Assembly: GCA_041652815.1 (NCBI GenBank) | Contig: JBAZGN010000003.1 | Coordinates: 1,530 to 65,529 of the forward strand | Origin: Candidatus Omnitrophota bacterium | Lineage (GTDB): Bacteria; Omnitrophota; Gorgyraeia; Duberdicusellales; 4484-171 | Direction: 5' to 3' | DNA length: 64,000 nucleotides | Part shown: one piece after another, positions 29,209-41,074 of the stretch | How the letters are laid out: every line of letters starts with the position of its first letter | Numbering within the stretch: the first letter of the stretch is position 1 | The notes under the pieces: model-generated | What the model saw: the letters and a program-made list of their open reading frames with translations, nothing else | Database searches by the model: none | What the model was told of the DNA's origin: nothing | Position numbers and translations under genes: made by a program

Positions 29209-30781
29209 AGTCATAGTCTGCGATAAGTTATCCGAGGAAGGCGTAAAGATACTTAGGGATGCGGGCTTTAGCGTTGATTGTAAATATAAGTTGCCTCCGG
29301 AAGAGCTTAAAAAGATAATCGGAGAATACAATGCGGCAATTGTGCGAAGTGATACGAAATTTACCAAAGATATAATCGAACATGGGCACAATCTTAAGGT
29401 TATAGGCCGCGCCGGAGTGGGGCTTGATAATGTAGACCTCGAAGCTGCTACAAAAAAAGGCATAATTGTAATGAACTCGCCCGGCGGAAATACCATTTCC
29501 ACTTGTGAGCATGCATTTGCGATGATGCTGGCTATCGCCAGAAATATTCCGCTCGCCAACATTTCGCTTAAAAGTAAGGCGTGGGAACGTTCAAAGTTCA
29601 AAGGCGTTGAATTGTATTCCAAAACTATAGGTATAATCGGCTTGGGCAGAATCGGAAAGGAATTTGCAAAACGTGCCCAGGCATTCGGCATGGAAGTTAT
29701 TGCCATGGACCCGTTTGTTTCAGAAGAAGTAGCGAAAGCTTTAGGCATTAAAATGGTTTCACTTTCCGAACTTTTGAAAAATTCAGATTTTATCACCATA
29801 CATACACCAGTTACCGATGAAACAAAAAAAATGATTTCCCATAAAGAATTTGCCTCTATGAAACCAAAAGCTTTTATAATCAACTGCGCCAGAGGTGAGG
29901 TTATAGACGAAGAAGCATTATATGAGGTGCTTAAAGACAAAAAAATTGCCGGCGCAGCGCTTGATGTTTTCTCGAAAGAGCCGCCTTTTGAGTCTAAATT
30001 GCTTGAGCTTGATAATGTTGTAACTACCCCTCACTTAGGAGCCTCAACCGAGGAAGCTCAATTAAACGTTGCCATTGAAATAGCTTACTGCATTAAAGAT
30101 GCTTTGCTCGGCAAGGCTATACGTAATGCTGCAAATTATGTGCAGCTTGATCCTGAAACGTACAAAATCATACAGCCATACTTTGAGCTTTCAGAAAAAA
30201 TGGGTAAGTTTATAGCTCAAACAGTCGAAGGCGGCACAAAGGAAATAAAACTTTATTATTTGGGAGCTGTTTCTGCGTATAAAGTTGATGTGCTTACTTT
30301 GGCTTTTATGAAAGGATTTTTTTCGGGTCAGCTTATTCAGGATGTAAACTATATTAATGCCCTTGAGATTGCAAAGAGCCGTGGAATTAAAATCGAGCAG
30401 ATAAAAATTGCGGAAGAAGAGGAATATGTAAGCTCCATACGTGCAAAAGTTAAAACTGACAAATCAGAGCAGGTTTTGGAAGGGACTCTTTTTGCAAATA
30501 AAGAAGCAAGATTCGTTAAGATGGATGATATTTATACAGAAGTTTATCCTTCACAGTTTATGCTTGTCATAAACAATTGGGATAAACCGGGAACTATCGG
30601 ATTTATTGGAACAACTTTGGGTAATCACAAAATAAATATTGCCGGTATGAGTTTGGGCCGGCGAGCACAAGACAATACGGCCCTTACAATATTTAATCTG
30701 GATAATCCCCTAAACGACGAAGTCATAAAGGCGATTTCTTCTAATAAAAACATTGTATCGCTGAAATTCGTAAAATTATAA
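29201..30781 (+). CDS. serA: D-3-phosphoglycerate dehydrogenase SerA (with C-terminal ACT)
   Basis: NAD-binding GLGRIGKEFA, a catalytic histidine context, and C-terminal ASB/ACT domains. Confidence 0.85.
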   Translation: MVKVIVCDKLSEEGVKILRDAGFSVDCKYKLPPEELKKIIGEYNAAIVRSDTKFTKDIIEHGHNLKVIGRAGVGLDNVDLEAATKKGIIVMNSPGGNTISTCEHAFAMMLAIARNIPLANISLKSKAWERSKFKGVELYSKTIGIIGLGRIGKEFAKRAQAFGMEVIAMDPFVSEEVAKALGIKMVSLSELLKNSDFITIHTPVTDETKKMISHKEFASMKPKAFIINCARGEVIDEEALYEVLKDKKIAGAALDVFSKEPPFESKLLELDNVVTTPHLGASTEEAQLNVAIEIAYCIKDALLGKAIRNAANYVQLDPETYKIIQPYFELSEKMGKFIAQTVEGGTKEIKLYYLGAVSAYKVDVLTLAFMKGFFSGQLIQDVNYINALEIAKSRGIKIEQIKIAEEEEYVSSIRAKVKTDKSEQVLEGTLFANKEARFVKMDDIYTEVYPSQFMLVINNWDKPGTIGFIGTTLGNHKINIAGMSLGRRAQDNTALTIFNLDNPLNDEVIKAISSNKNIVSLKFVKL

Positions 30782-30793
30782 TTGCCTGAAAGT

Positions 30794-30829
30794 AAACCCC
30801 CGTTAGAAAACAAAGTTCTCTAACGGGGT
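30794..30829. repeat. Palindromic REP-like element with a CCCCGTTAGA core (copy 2)
   Basis: CCCCCGTTAGAAAAC-AAA-GTTCTCTAACGGGG. It is roughly the reverse complement of copy 1. Confidence 0.6.
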
Positions 30830-30848
30830 AAATAAAGGAGATAGGAAA

Positions 30849-32573
30849 ATGAAAAAGATAATCCTTTTAATGTGTTTTTTTATTTTGCCTTTAACATCTT
30901 ACGCTCACAAGCTTACAATAATTTATACAGGTAATTCATATTCTTCATTATACCCTTGCGGGCACTGCCCGGCATCTGTCGGCGGGGGAGTTGCACGAAG
31001 GGCATCTGTAATAAATGATGTTAAATCTAAGGCGAAAAACACAATTGTCATAGATGCCGGAGAATTTACCGCAGGCGGCGCATTAGATGAAGCGAGCAAG
31101 GACGTTACGACGGATAAAAATCGAGCCATTTATAATTATAAAGCGCTGCAAGCAATGGGTTACGAAATTGTAGGCGTGGGAGATGCAGAATTTAATTTCG
31201 GAGTAGATTTCCTAAAAGATAATATCAAGAAATTCAAGCTAAACGCAATAAGCGCAAATTTAGTCCTGGAAGGAGTGCGGCCATATTATATAAAAGAATT
31301 TTCCGGATTTAAAGTCGGAATAATCGGCCTCTCTCCTCAATCGATTTCAAAAAAGTCTTCTTCTGCTGATATAACGGATTACGATGCAGCGCTAACCAAT
31401 ACCATAAACAAAATAAAAAATAAGGTAGATTTTATTATTCTGGTTTCTCCGCTTGGAGATGAGGTTAACAAAGCAATTGCCAATAAATTCACTGACGTAA
31501 AGTTGATATTATCCAGTGGAAATATGCTGGATTCCAAAGAATACGAGAAAGTAAATGATACAATAATAATGAAACCATCGTATCTGGCAAAAGAAGTAAG
31601 AATTATAAATATAGAGATTAAAGCTAACAAGATATTGACCTTTGATTTGAAACAGGAAAAACTAGCCTTATCCGTGAAAGAAAATCCTGAAATAAAAAAG
31701 ATTATTCCTGCTTGCTTTAAGGATGGCGACTGCCAAAGGAGAGAAGGATTACTCGCAACTTGCCAAAAACAAGGTTCAAGCAAGGCAGCTTGCGTTTATT
31801 TTGAGCCAAATAGAATAGAAGCTATTTTAATTACTGATACTGCTTGCTCATTCTGCGTAACCGAACCTACCCAGAACTTGCTTCGGGAAATATTTCTGGG
31901 TATAAATTTTAAGGTTGTTGACTACAACACGCCTTACGCAAAAGAGCTTATAAAGAAATACAGCCTGATTAGCCTCCCGGCATTTATTATGCCTCAGGAG
32001 ATAAAAACAGAAAAAGAATTTCCACGGATTGCTAAATTTATCGACGAGAAAGATGGTAAATTATTATTAAAGCCGCAACTTTCCGGATTATTCCTGCTGT
32101 TAAATAGAAAAGAAATCCCGCGCCGGCTTGATTACTTTGTTGATCTCTATGAGCCTTCCGCACTTACAGTGTTTAATGATTTGAGTTCTTTTTGTAAGAA
32201 GGAAAAGATAAAACTTGATGTTCATTTCCTTCTTAGCGAAAAGAATGTTTACGGATATCCCAAAGAAGAAATACAGATAGCTTTAGCAGTAAAAAAAGTT
32301 GCCCCGGATAAATTTTTAGAATATCTTGCTAAAAGATTAAGTGATATTAAAAATACCTCATGGACAGATTCTCTGGAGGCGGTGGGTATCGATTATAAGA
32401 AGATAAAAGGAACTGCAAAATCTAAGGTGGTCGATAGAATGATTGAAGATAATAATAGATTGATTTCGGAATTAAATGTAAATTATGGAAACGTTATCCT
32501 TGTAAATAATAACAAAATTTTTACAGTGCTTAAGATTAAAACGGAAGATTTAGAAAAAATATTCGGGAGGTAA
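30849..32573 (+). CDS. Secreted protein: degenerate 5'-nucleotidase/metallophosphatase-like N-domain (with CGHC motif) + thioredoxin-like C-terminal domains
   Basis: Signal peptide present. The UshA-like fold has lost its DxH metal ligands (YTGNSYSS). The C-terminus has CSFC and further Cys pairs in a thioredoxin-like context. Confidence 0.45.
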   Translation: MKKIILLMCFFILPLTSYAHKLTIIYTGNSYSSLYPCGHCPASVGGGVARRASVINDVKSKAKNTIVIDAGEFTAGGALDEASKDVTTDKNRAIYNYKALQAMGYEIVGVGDAEFNFGVDFLKDNIKKFKLNAISANLVLEGVRPYYIKEFSGFKVGIIGLSPQSISKKSSSADITDYDAALTNTINKIKNKVDFIILVSPLGDEVNKAIANKFTDVKLILSSGNMLDSKEYEKVNDTIIMKPSYLAKEVRIINIEIKANKILTFDLKQEKLALSVKENPEIKKIIPACFKDGDCQRREGLLATCQKQGSSKAACVYFEPNRIEAILITDTACSFCVTEPTQNLLREIFLGINFKVVDYNTPYAKELIKKYSLISLPAFIMPQEIKTEKEFPRIAKFIDEKDGKLLLKPQLSGLFLLLNRKEIPRRLDYFVDLYEPSALTVFNDLSSFCKKEKIKLDVHFLLSEKNVYGYPKEEIQIALAVKKVAPDKFLEYLAKRLSDIKNTSWTDSLEAVGIDYKKIKGTAKSKVVDRMIEDNNRLISELNVNYGNVILVNNNKIFTVLKIKTEDLEKIFGR

Positions 32574-32575
32574 TT

Positions 32576-33811
32576 ATGGCAAAAATTTATATAGTGGATG
32601 TTACTAACAGAGACGGCGTTCAAACCTCGAGGATATGCCTTTCTAAGCTTCAGAAGACAATGATAAATATCTATCTTGATGAAATGGGTATTTTCCAGAG
32701 CGAATTTGGGTTTCCTACTACAAACCATGAAATAAATTATCTTAATGCTAATTTAGAACTTGCAAAAAATAAGGTAATAAAAAGGCTTCGGCTTTCAGGA
32801 TGGCTACGTGCGATAACAAGTGACGTTGAGTTGGCTATTAATAATGTGCCTGATTTAAAATATGTAAATCTCTCAATTTCCACATCCGACCAGATGATAA
32901 AACACAAATTTCAGGGTAAACTTAATTATGAAGAAATTATAAAAAGCGCGGTAGCATCAATTAAACTTGCAAAAAAACTTGGGCTTAAAGCTGTAGGTGT
33001 AAATGCTGAGGATGCTTCCCGTTCAAAGGTTGAATATTTAGCAGAATTTATGCACGCCGCGAAAGAAGCAGGAGCGGACAGGTTCAGGTACTGCGATACG
33101 CTTGGCTATGATACTCCTTTTTCGATATACGAAAGGATGTGCAAAGTCCTAAAAAAGGTAAAAATGCCTATTGAAATCCATTGCCATAATGATTTAGGCC
33201 TGGTTGTCGCTACATCTATTGCTGGAGCGAAAGCGGCGCTCGATTGCGGAGTTGATGCTTATATCAATACTTGCGTAAATGGTGTGGGTGAACGTGCCGG
33301 AAATGCCGACCTTTTAAGCGTAATTTTAGCTATTAGATACGGGAGTGGCATGGAAAAATATAAACTCGATGAAAAAATAAATTTAAAATCAGTTTGGAAA
33401 ATAAGTAAATATGCGTCTTATGCTTTCGGCATACCGATACCTATAAACCAACCGGGCGTTGGCGCAAATGCTTTTGCTCATGAATCAGGAATACATGCCG
33501 ATGGCGCACTCAAAGATAGAAGAAATTATGAACTTTATGACTATGAAGAACTGGGCAGGGGCGAACCGGAAGTTATAGATACCGGAAGAAAAATTACCGT
33601 GGGCGAATATTCCGGCATAAAAGGTTTCGGCAATGTTTATGACCAGATGGAAATTAAATTTAAAAATGACGCCGAGGCGCGGGAAATTCTTGAACTTGTC
33701 CGATATGCTAACGTTCATAATCAGAAGCCATTAGTTGAAGATGAGCTTAAATTTGTTGCAAAATATCCGGATATAGCCAAGAAAATTTTTACGATGCAAC
33801 CAGCCGTGTGA
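32576..33811 (+). CDS. HMGL-like (homocitrate/isopropylmalate synthase family) protein, atypical RDGVQ motif
   Basis: DRE-TIM barrel IVDVTNRDGVQ, with the HxH (CHND) metal site present. The family normally has Glu in RDGEQ; here it is Val. Confidence 0.55.
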   Translation: MAKIYIVDVTNRDGVQTSRICLSKLQKTMINIYLDEMGIFQSEFGFPTTNHEINYLNANLELAKNKVIKRLRLSGWLRAITSDVELAINNVPDLKYVNLSISTSDQMIKHKFQGKLNYEEIIKSAVASIKLAKKLGLKAVGVNAEDASRSKVEYLAEFMHAAKEAGADRFRYCDTLGYDTPFSIYERMCKVLKKVKMPIEIHCHNDLGLVVATSIAGAKAALDCGVDAYINTCVNGVGERAGNADLLSVILAIRYGSGMEKYKLDEKINLKSVWKISKYASYAFGIPIPINQPGVGANAFAHESGIHADGALKDRRNYELYDYEELGRGEPEVIDTGRKITVGEYSGIKGFGNVYDQMEIKFKNDAEAREILELVRYANVHNQKPLVEDELKFVAKYPDIAKKIFTMQPAV

Positions 33812-33871
33812 CAGAAAACAGAGTACAGAGAACAGAAGACAGACAACAGATGATAGATTTCTGACTTCTGA

Positions 33872-35149
<1,278 letters not shown>

Positions 35150-35178
35150 AACAATATAAGCTGCACTTTTTATTATAT

Positions 35179-35299
35179 ACCCCTCGCGCCTACATATCCT
35201 GTAAATTTTCTCGGCCTACGGCCAGGAAAATTTACAGGAAGCGTTTCGGGGTTAATTCGCCCCGACGTAGCGTCGGGAGCTCATTAAGGAGGGTTTTGT
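35179..35299 (+). promoter_or_regulatory. Conserved leader element, copy B (IR CCTGTAAATTTTC-N15-GAAAATTTACAGG, CGGGGTTA box, hairpins, AAGGAGG)
   Basis: It aligns along its length with element A at 17382-17495. Confidence 0.55.
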
Positions 35300-37402
35300 A
35301 TGCCGAGTTTTGACTTCTTGATACTTGCGCCAGCAGGCTCGATATTCGCTCTTACTTTTGCCGCGTATTTAGCCGTTAAAATTTTAAAAAGCGACCCGGG
35401 AAATGATACCATGCAGGAAATCGCTCAAGCTGTACGTGTAGGGGCAAAAGCATATCTTAAACGCCAATATATCGGAGTTTCAATATTTTTTGCAGTTGTC
35501 TTTTGCATCCTTTTATTCCTTGCTCTAAAAAATTATCTGGTAATATTTGTACCTTTTGCTTTTTTAACCGGGGGTTTATTTAGCGGTCTGTCGGGCTTTA
35601 TCGGTATGAGTATTGCAACTCAATCGTCTAACCGAACTGCAGCCGCAGCAATGAAGAGTTTAAATTCAGGCCTTCGAATTGCTTTTTCAAGCGGCGCTGT
35701 TATGGGGCTTACCGTTGTAGGGCTTGGCCTCTTGGACTTAAGTATCTGGTATTATTTTCTTAACTGGTATTATTCAAATAATCCTATACCGCAAAATATA
35801 GATAAAATCGGTGCAATTACTTCAACTATGCTTTGCTTTGGTATGGGCGCAAGCTCACAGGCTCTATTTGCAAGAGTTGGCGGCGGAATTTTTACAAAAG
35901 CCGCTGATGTCGGCGCTGACTTAGTAGGAAAAGTCGAGGCAGGTATTCCTGAAGATGACCCGCGTAATCCAGCTGTAATTGCTGATAATGTCGGCGATAA
36001 TGTCGGTGACGTTGCTGGCATGGGCGCTGATTTATATGAGTCATATGTTGGCTCAATAGTTGCGACTTCTGCTTTAGGTGTTGCGGCAGGTTTAGGTATC
36101 AAAGGGGTAACTGTCCCTATGGTTATGGCAGCAGTAGGGGTAGTTGCGTCAATTATAGGAACCTTTTTTGTAAAAAGCAGGGAAGAAGCAAGTCAAAAAG
36201 TGCTGCTGGCAGCGCTTCGCAAGGGGGTATTTACCAGTTCTTTTATCGTAGCTATTATTTCATATTTTCTTATACGGTTTACTCTCGGCGCTGAACATAT
36301 TGGTGTATACTGGTCGGTTATATCCGGATTAATTGCAGGTGTACTTATAGGCATAATAACCGAATATTATACATCAAGCGGTTTTAAACCAACCCGTTTT
36401 ATCGCGGACCAGTCTCTCACTGGCCCGGCAACAGTAATTATAGGCGGTATAGCAGTGGGCATGATGTCAACAGCACTTCCGGTTATTATTGTAAGCGCTG
36501 CGATTATGGCAAGTTTTATCTTTGCCGGCGGCCTTCAGCATTTTGAAATAGGCCTTTATGGAATTGCCATTTCTGCTGTGGGAATGCTTTCTACATTAGG
36601 TATCACTTTAGCAACTGACGCATATGGGCCGGTTGCTGATAACGCCGGTGGAAACGCAGAAATGTCACATTTACCTCCTGAAGTGAGAAAGCGCACAGAC
36701 GCGCTTGACTCTCTAGGTAATACTACGGCAGCAACCGGTAAAGGCTTTGCAATTGGCTCAGCCGCTCTTACCGCACTTGCACTTATTGCGGCGTTTAAAG
36801 ATGAGGTAGTTAGATTTGGTTCTACTATGCAATTAGATATTATGAAACCGGCGGTTTTAGTCGGCTTGTTCATTGGAGGAATGCTACCGTTTCTTTTTTG
36901 TTCAATGACCATGCGCGCGGTAGGCCGTGCCGCATCAAAGATTGTGGTTGAAGTGCGCAGGCAGTTTAAGGAAATTAAAGGCCTCATGGAAGGCAAAGCT
37001 AAACCTGATTATGCACGTTGTGTAGACATTGCTACCTCTGCTGCCCAACATGAAATGGTTTTACCGTCACTTCTTGCAATTACTGCTCCTATAATAATCG
37101 GAATAGTTTTAGGAGTTGAAGCTGTAGGCGGATTGCTCGCAGGATCTCTCGTTACCGGTTTTGTTTTGGCAGTTATGATGGCAAACGCAGGTGGAGCCTG
37201 GGATAATGCTAAAAAATACATCGAAGAAGGCCATCACGGCGGCAAAGGCTCATTCGCTCATAAGGCAGGTGTAGTTGGAGATACAGTAGGAGACCCGTTT
37301 AAAGATACATCCGGGCCTTCCTTAAACATTCTAATTAAACTTATGTCTATGGTGTCAATAGTTTTTGCTTCGTTTATTATACGCCACACCTTATTCAAAT
37401 AA
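35300..37402 (+). CDS. hppA: Membrane-bound proton-translocating pyrophosphatase (V-PPase) HppA
   Basis: 700-aa polytopic protein with DVGADLVGK and GDNVGD motifs. Confidence 0.9.
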   Translation: MPSFDFLILAPAGSIFALTFAAYLAVKILKSDPGNDTMQEIAQAVRVGAKAYLKRQYIGVSIFFAVVFCILLFLALKNYLVIFVPFAFLTGGLFSGLSGFIGMSIATQSSNRTAAAAMKSLNSGLRIAFSSGAVMGLTVVGLGLLDLSIWYYFLNWYYSNNPIPQNIDKIGAITSTMLCFGMGASSQALFARVGGGIFTKAADVGADLVGKVEAGIPEDDPRNPAVIADNVGDNVGDVAGMGADLYESYVGSIVATSALGVAAGLGIKGVTVPMVMAAVGVVASIIGTFFVKSREEASQKVLLAALRKGVFTSSFIVAIISYFLIRFTLGAEHIGVYWSVISGLIAGVLIGIITEYYTSSGFKPTRFIADQSLTGPATVIIGGIAVGMMSTALPVIIVSAAIMASFIFAGGLQHFEIGLYGIAISAVGMLSTLGITLATDAYGPVADNAGGNAEMSHLPPEVRKRTDALDSLGNTTAATGKGFAIGSAALTALALIAAFKDEVVRFGSTMQLDIMKPAVLVGLFIGGMLPFLFCSMTMRAVGRAASKIVVEVRRQFKEIKGLMEGKAKPDYARCVDIATSAAQHEMVLPSLLAITAPIIIGIVLGVEAVGGLLAGSLVTGFVLAVMMANAGGAWDNAKKYIEEGHHGGKGSFAHKAGVVGDTVGDPFKDTSGPSLNILIKLMSMVSIVFASFIIRHTLFK

Positions 37403-37424
37403 TCGTAAATAGGGGATTTTTTAA

Positions 37425-37457
37425 AAAAGGCAGGGTTTAAAACGCCCTGCCTTTTTG
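37425..37457 (+). terminator. Rho-independent terminator after hppA
   Basis: GGCAGGGT-TTAAAAC-GCCCTGCC followed by TTTTT. Confidence 0.7.
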
Positions 37458-37588
37458 CTATCCGCCTTCGCCCTTTGTTGAGACAGAATAGCTTTGACGG
37501 GCTTCGGCGGGATGTCACTATATTAGCAATCAGTTTGTGTTCCATCATTTTCGTGATTTTAGCCATAAATTTGATATAATGATACATT

Positions 37589-37861
37589 ATGCTGGATGAA
37601 CATTTAAAACAGAAGGAAGAGCAATGGGAGCATCTCTGCAGGCGTTGTGGAGGCTGTTGCGGTAGCTTTGATGACCCCTGTAAGCATCTTAAAAAAGGCG
37701 GAAATGACATTTATTTTTGTGAAATATATCTAAACAGGCTGGGTACGAGAGAAACCATTGCCGGAGAGAAGTTTAATTGCGTCAATATACGCGAAGTCAT
37801 CAATACTTCATGGAAAAATGATTGGCTATGCAGCTATAAAAACCATTTCATAAAAGTATGA
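37589..37861 (+). CDS. YkgJ-family CxxCxxCC cysteine-cluster protein
   Basis: CRRCGGCC motif. An extended -10 (TGATATAAT) ends 9 nt before the ATG. Confidence 0.55.
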   Translation: MLDEHLKQKEEQWEHLCRRCGGCCGSFDDPCKHLKKGGNDIYFCEIYLNRLGTRETIAGEKFNCVNIREVINTSWKNDWLCSYKNHFIKV

Positions 37862-38997
37862 GGCTAAAAGGCGTAAATTTAGGAAGCTGGCTTTTGATGG
37901 AAGGTTATATTCTTGGCGGAAGGAATATAGCTGAAAGTATTTTTAAGCAAAATTTTAAAAAAACTAACGGCACAGCTGCACTTTGTGAATTTGAACGCCT
38001 TTTTAGAGATAACTTTATCAAGGAAGAAGATTTTAAAAACATTGCTCAAATGGGCGCAAATTGCATAAGGCTTCCCTTTAACTACCGCCTTATCAAAACC
38101 AACGGTTTATCTTATCTTAAAAAAGCACTTATGCTGGCAGATAAATACGATATCGGTATTATCCTGGATTTACATGCCGCCCCTGGCGCACAAAATTGCG
38201 ATTGGCATAGCGATTCAACCGGAAAAGCTCTTTTTTGGGAAAAAGAAAAGTTCCGCAAAGAAACATTGCAGTTATGGGAAGAAATAGTAAGTAAAGTTAA
38301 GGAAGAGCCGGCATTAATCGGCTTCGACGTTATTAATGAACCGGTTCTTGATCAGAAGCCAACAAGTATTTTGACTAAATTCTACAAAGAGGCCATAGAA
38401 TGCATTAAGGCAATAGATAAAAAACATACCATATTTCTTGAAGGAAGCCTCTGGGCTCAACGCATAGATTTTCTTCGTGACTTGATAGAAGAAAATGTTT
38501 CGATAAGTATTCATACTTATCAGCCGCTTGATTTTACGTTTAATTTTGTGCCTTTTTATAAGTTTCCCGGAAAAATTAATAATGAACATTGGGACGCAGA
38601 TAAGATGCGAAAATACCTTGAACCCTATTTCTTATTTTCTAAAGATAATAAAGTCCCCATCTTTGTAGGGGAATTTGGCATAAATTGGAGAGGAGGGTTT
38701 TGGGGTGAACTCAATTGGCTGGAAGATATTTTGAAAGCATTTGACGATTTTGGATTTAACTATACCTATTGGACATATAAGGCAGTTTCCGGTTATGTAT
38801 TTCCGGATGGATTATACCAGTATATACAAAACAGTAAATACATCCTAAGAGAAGGCCCGATTCACGGGTGGGAAAATTATATAACCAACTTCCAAAAAGA
38901 AAAAAATAATATTTTAGATTTCTGGCAGACAAAAAATTTTACACCAAATAATGCAATTATTTCTAAATTAAAGGAGCATTTCAAAAATGAAAACTGA
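37858..38997 (+). CDS. Glycoside hydrolase family 5 protein (no signal peptide)
   Basis: GVNLGSWLLME N-terminus and a (beta/alpha)8 GH5 pattern with an NEP catalytic acid context. Confidence 0.75.
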   Translation: MRLKGVNLGSWLLMEGYILGGRNIAESIFKQNFKKTNGTAALCEFERLFRDNFIKEEDFKNIAQMGANCIRLPFNYRLIKTNGLSYLKKALMLADKYDIGIILDLHAAPGAQNCDWHSDSTGKALFWEKEKFRKETLQLWEEIVSKVKEEPALIGFDVINEPVLDQKPTSILTKFYKEAIECIKAIDKKHTIFLEGSLWAQRIDFLRDLIEENVSISIHTYQPLDFTFNFVPFYKFPGKINNEHWDADKMRKYLEPYFLFSKDNKVPIFVGEFGINWRGGFWGELNWLEDILKAFDDFGFNYTYWTYKAVSGYVFPDGLYQYIQNSKYILREGPIHGWENYITNFQKEKNNILDFWQTKNFTPNNAIISKLKEHFKNEN

Positions 38998-39631
38998 GAA
39001 AAATGTAGTACCGGCAATCCTTACCGATAAAAAAGAAAAGTTACTCGATATGGTGGATAACTGTTCTCAATTTTGCAATTATGTTCAAATAGATATAATG
39101 GACGGCGTGTTTGTTCCTTCAAAAAGCATAAGCGTAGCTGACCTTAAAGGTGTGCGTTTTCCCGTAAAAAGTGAAGCGCATTTAATGGTTGCTAAACCCC
39201 TTGAGTGGATAGAAGCATTTAAAAATGCCGGTTCACACAGGATAATTTATCATTTTGAAATACCTAATGAGCACTTACGAATAATAGAGGCAATAAAAAA
39301 ACTGAATCTCGAAGTAGGGCTTGCGATAAATCCCTCAACCAAGATAAAAGATTTTAGTTTTTTAGTTGACAAACTGGACTCTGTGCTTTTTATGTCGGTT
39401 ATACCCGGTTTTTATGGCTCGAAATTTATTCCCGAGGTATTGGATAAAATAAAAGAATTTAAAAAAATATATCCCGGCAAATGCACAGGCATAGACGGAG
39501 GAGTAAAAGCTGAAAACACGTCAACCATTGCTCAAAGCGGCGTAGATTATGTATGTGTAGGAAGCGCTATACTTAATGCCGCAAACCCAAAGAATGCCTA
39601 TTTAGAAATAAAGGATTTATTAAATGAATAA
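38987..39631 (+). CDS. rpe: Ribulose-phosphate 3-epimerase
   Basis: Rpe-like TIM barrel (IDIMDGVFVP, a C-terminal GxDGG-type motif). Confidence 0.8.
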   Translation: MKTEKNVVPAILTDKKEKLLDMVDNCSQFCNYVQIDIMDGVFVPSKSISVADLKGVRFPVKSEAHLMVAKPLEWIEAFKNAGSHRIIYHFEIPNEHLRIIEAIKKLNLEVGLAINPSTKIKDFSFLVDKLDSVLFMSVIPGFYGSKFIPEVLDKIKEFKKIYPGKCTGIDGGVKAENTSTIAQSGVDYVCVGSAILNAANPKNAYLEIKDLLNE

Positions 39632-40418
39632 GCTTACCAAGATACTTGTATTTATCCTTGTAATATCTGCCCCCCTGGTCTTTTACAAATATTTTTACAA
39701 ACCTAAAGCCAGGCCAGTAATAAAAAAGATTATCCCGGGCGAAGTTGTCAAAAAACCTAAAATCGCTTTAATCTTCGATGATTTAGGAGAAAACCCGAAG
39801 GATTTAAAAGAAATTCATTCCCTGGGCATACCGGTAACTGTCTCTGTAGTACCAGGGCTCAAATTTTCAAAAAGCATTGCGCAAACGTCTCAATTTTACG
39901 GATTTAGCGTCATGACCCATATGCCTCTTGAGCCGAAAGAAGCACAAAAGTACCGGACGAATAAATATAAATTTATAAGCAGTTCCCTGTCAAGAAGCGA
40001 ACGTGCGGCTTTACTTCGTTATTATCTCAACTGCATACGCGTATCTATCGGAGTAAATAACCATATGGGCTCTGCAGCAACTGAAGATAGTAAATTAATG
40101 AAAGAAGTTATTCTTGCAGTTAAAAATAGCGGGCTATTTTTCGTTGACAGCCATACGTCTTTAAATTCTGTAGCTTGCGAAGTAGCAAGGAAAGAAAAGG
40201 TGCTTTGCGGCTATAATGAGGGGTTTTTTGACAGCGTAGACGATATAAATGTTATGCAGAACAAATTTTTAGAGCTAATTAAAAAAGCTAAAGAAAAAGG
40301 GAAAATAATTGTTATAGCCCACCCCAAAAAGAAAACTTTCCTTTTGCTTCATAAATTATTGCCTAAGGTTAAAAGCCAGGTGCAGTTTATCACTACAAAA
40401 GATTATTTTGGTTTATAA
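39624..40418 (+). CDS. Divergent polysaccharide deacetylase (YibQ family)
   Basis: N-terminal TM, then a YibQ-like domain (IALIFDDLG..HMP). Confidence 0.6.
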   Translation: MNKLTKILVFILVISAPLVFYKYFYKPKARPVIKKIIPGEVVKKPKIALIFDDLGENPKDLKEIHSLGIPVTVSVVPGLKFSKSIAQTSQFYGFSVMTHMPLEPKEAQKYRTNKYKFISSSLSRSERAALLRYYLNCIRVSIGVNNHMGSAATEDSKLMKEVILAVKNSGLFFVDSHTSLNSVACEVARKEKVLCGYNEGFFDSVDDINVMQNKFLELIKKAKEKGKIIVIAHPKKKTFLLLHKLLPKVKSQVQFITTKDYFGL

Positions 40419-40458
40419 AAGCTGGCCTTCCGTCAGCAATTTTATTTCCATTCAAAAT

Positions 40459-40983
40459 ATGAAAAAAGTACTTTTACATATCTGTTGCGGAGTATGCGCA
40501 TTTGCCTGTATTAATTATCTTAAAGAGGCAGGATTCTACGTAGAAGGATTCTTCTGCAATCCCAATATAATGCCGAACGAAGAGTATATAAAAAGAAAAG
40601 ACGCAGCAGAAAAAGTATGCGGAATAACTTCGGTAAAGCTAAACGCGCCCATCTATGCGCCTGGCAACTGGGATACTGTTTGTTCAATCTATTCAAATGA
40701 ACCGGAAGGCGGCAGGCGCTGCGATTTATGCTACGAGTTTCGCCTTAAAGAAACTTTTCATAAGGCCATGGAATTGGGTTTTGATTTTTTTACAACAACA
40801 TTATCTGTAAGCCCGCATAAGAAAAGTAAGATAATTAATGAGATTGGTATAAAAATTGCACCGGCGTATTTTATGGCCATAGATTTTAAGAAGAATGACG
40901 GCTTCAAAAAAACTATGGAATTTGCAAAAACAAACAATATCTATAGGCAGAATTATTGCGGATGCGCGTATAGCATAAGATAA
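40459..40983 (+). CDS. queH: Epoxyqueuosine reductase QueH (DUF208)
   Basis: LLHICCGVCA N-terminal cysteine motif and a C-terminal CGCAYS motif. The start was trimmed to MKKVLL. Confidence 0.7.
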   Translation: MKKVLLHICCGVCAFACINYLKEAGFYVEGFFCNPNIMPNEEYIKRKDAAEKVCGITSVKLNAPIYAPGNWDTVCSIYSNEPEGGRRCDLCYEFRLKETFHKAMELGFDFFTTTLSVSPHKKSKIINEIGIKIAPAYFMAIDFKKNDGFKKTMEFAKTNNIYRQNYCGCAYSIR

Positions 40984-41074
40984 CAGGTGACAGAGGACAG
41001 AAGGGAAGAAATAAAAATATTCTGTACTCTGTTTTCTGTACTCTGTAAACTAACCGAGTGAAACGAGGTTAAGC
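40984..41074. repeat. ACAGA-rich palindromic element + CTAACCGAGTGAAACGAGGTTAA pre-start motif
   Basis: ACAGAGGACAGAAGG ... TTCTGTACTCTGT arms. The 3' motif is shared with 52157-52183. Confidence 0.55.

Noticed and set aside
28942-29940. 332-aa antisense ORF overlapping serA, plus many similar antisense ORFs (e.g. 4751-5320, 21708-22376, 36556-36996)
   Set aside because: They lie entirely within well-supported sense-strand genes. Their low-complexity Ser/Phe/Ile-rich translations are typical of antisense reading of AT-rich coding DNA, and none has a domain signature.
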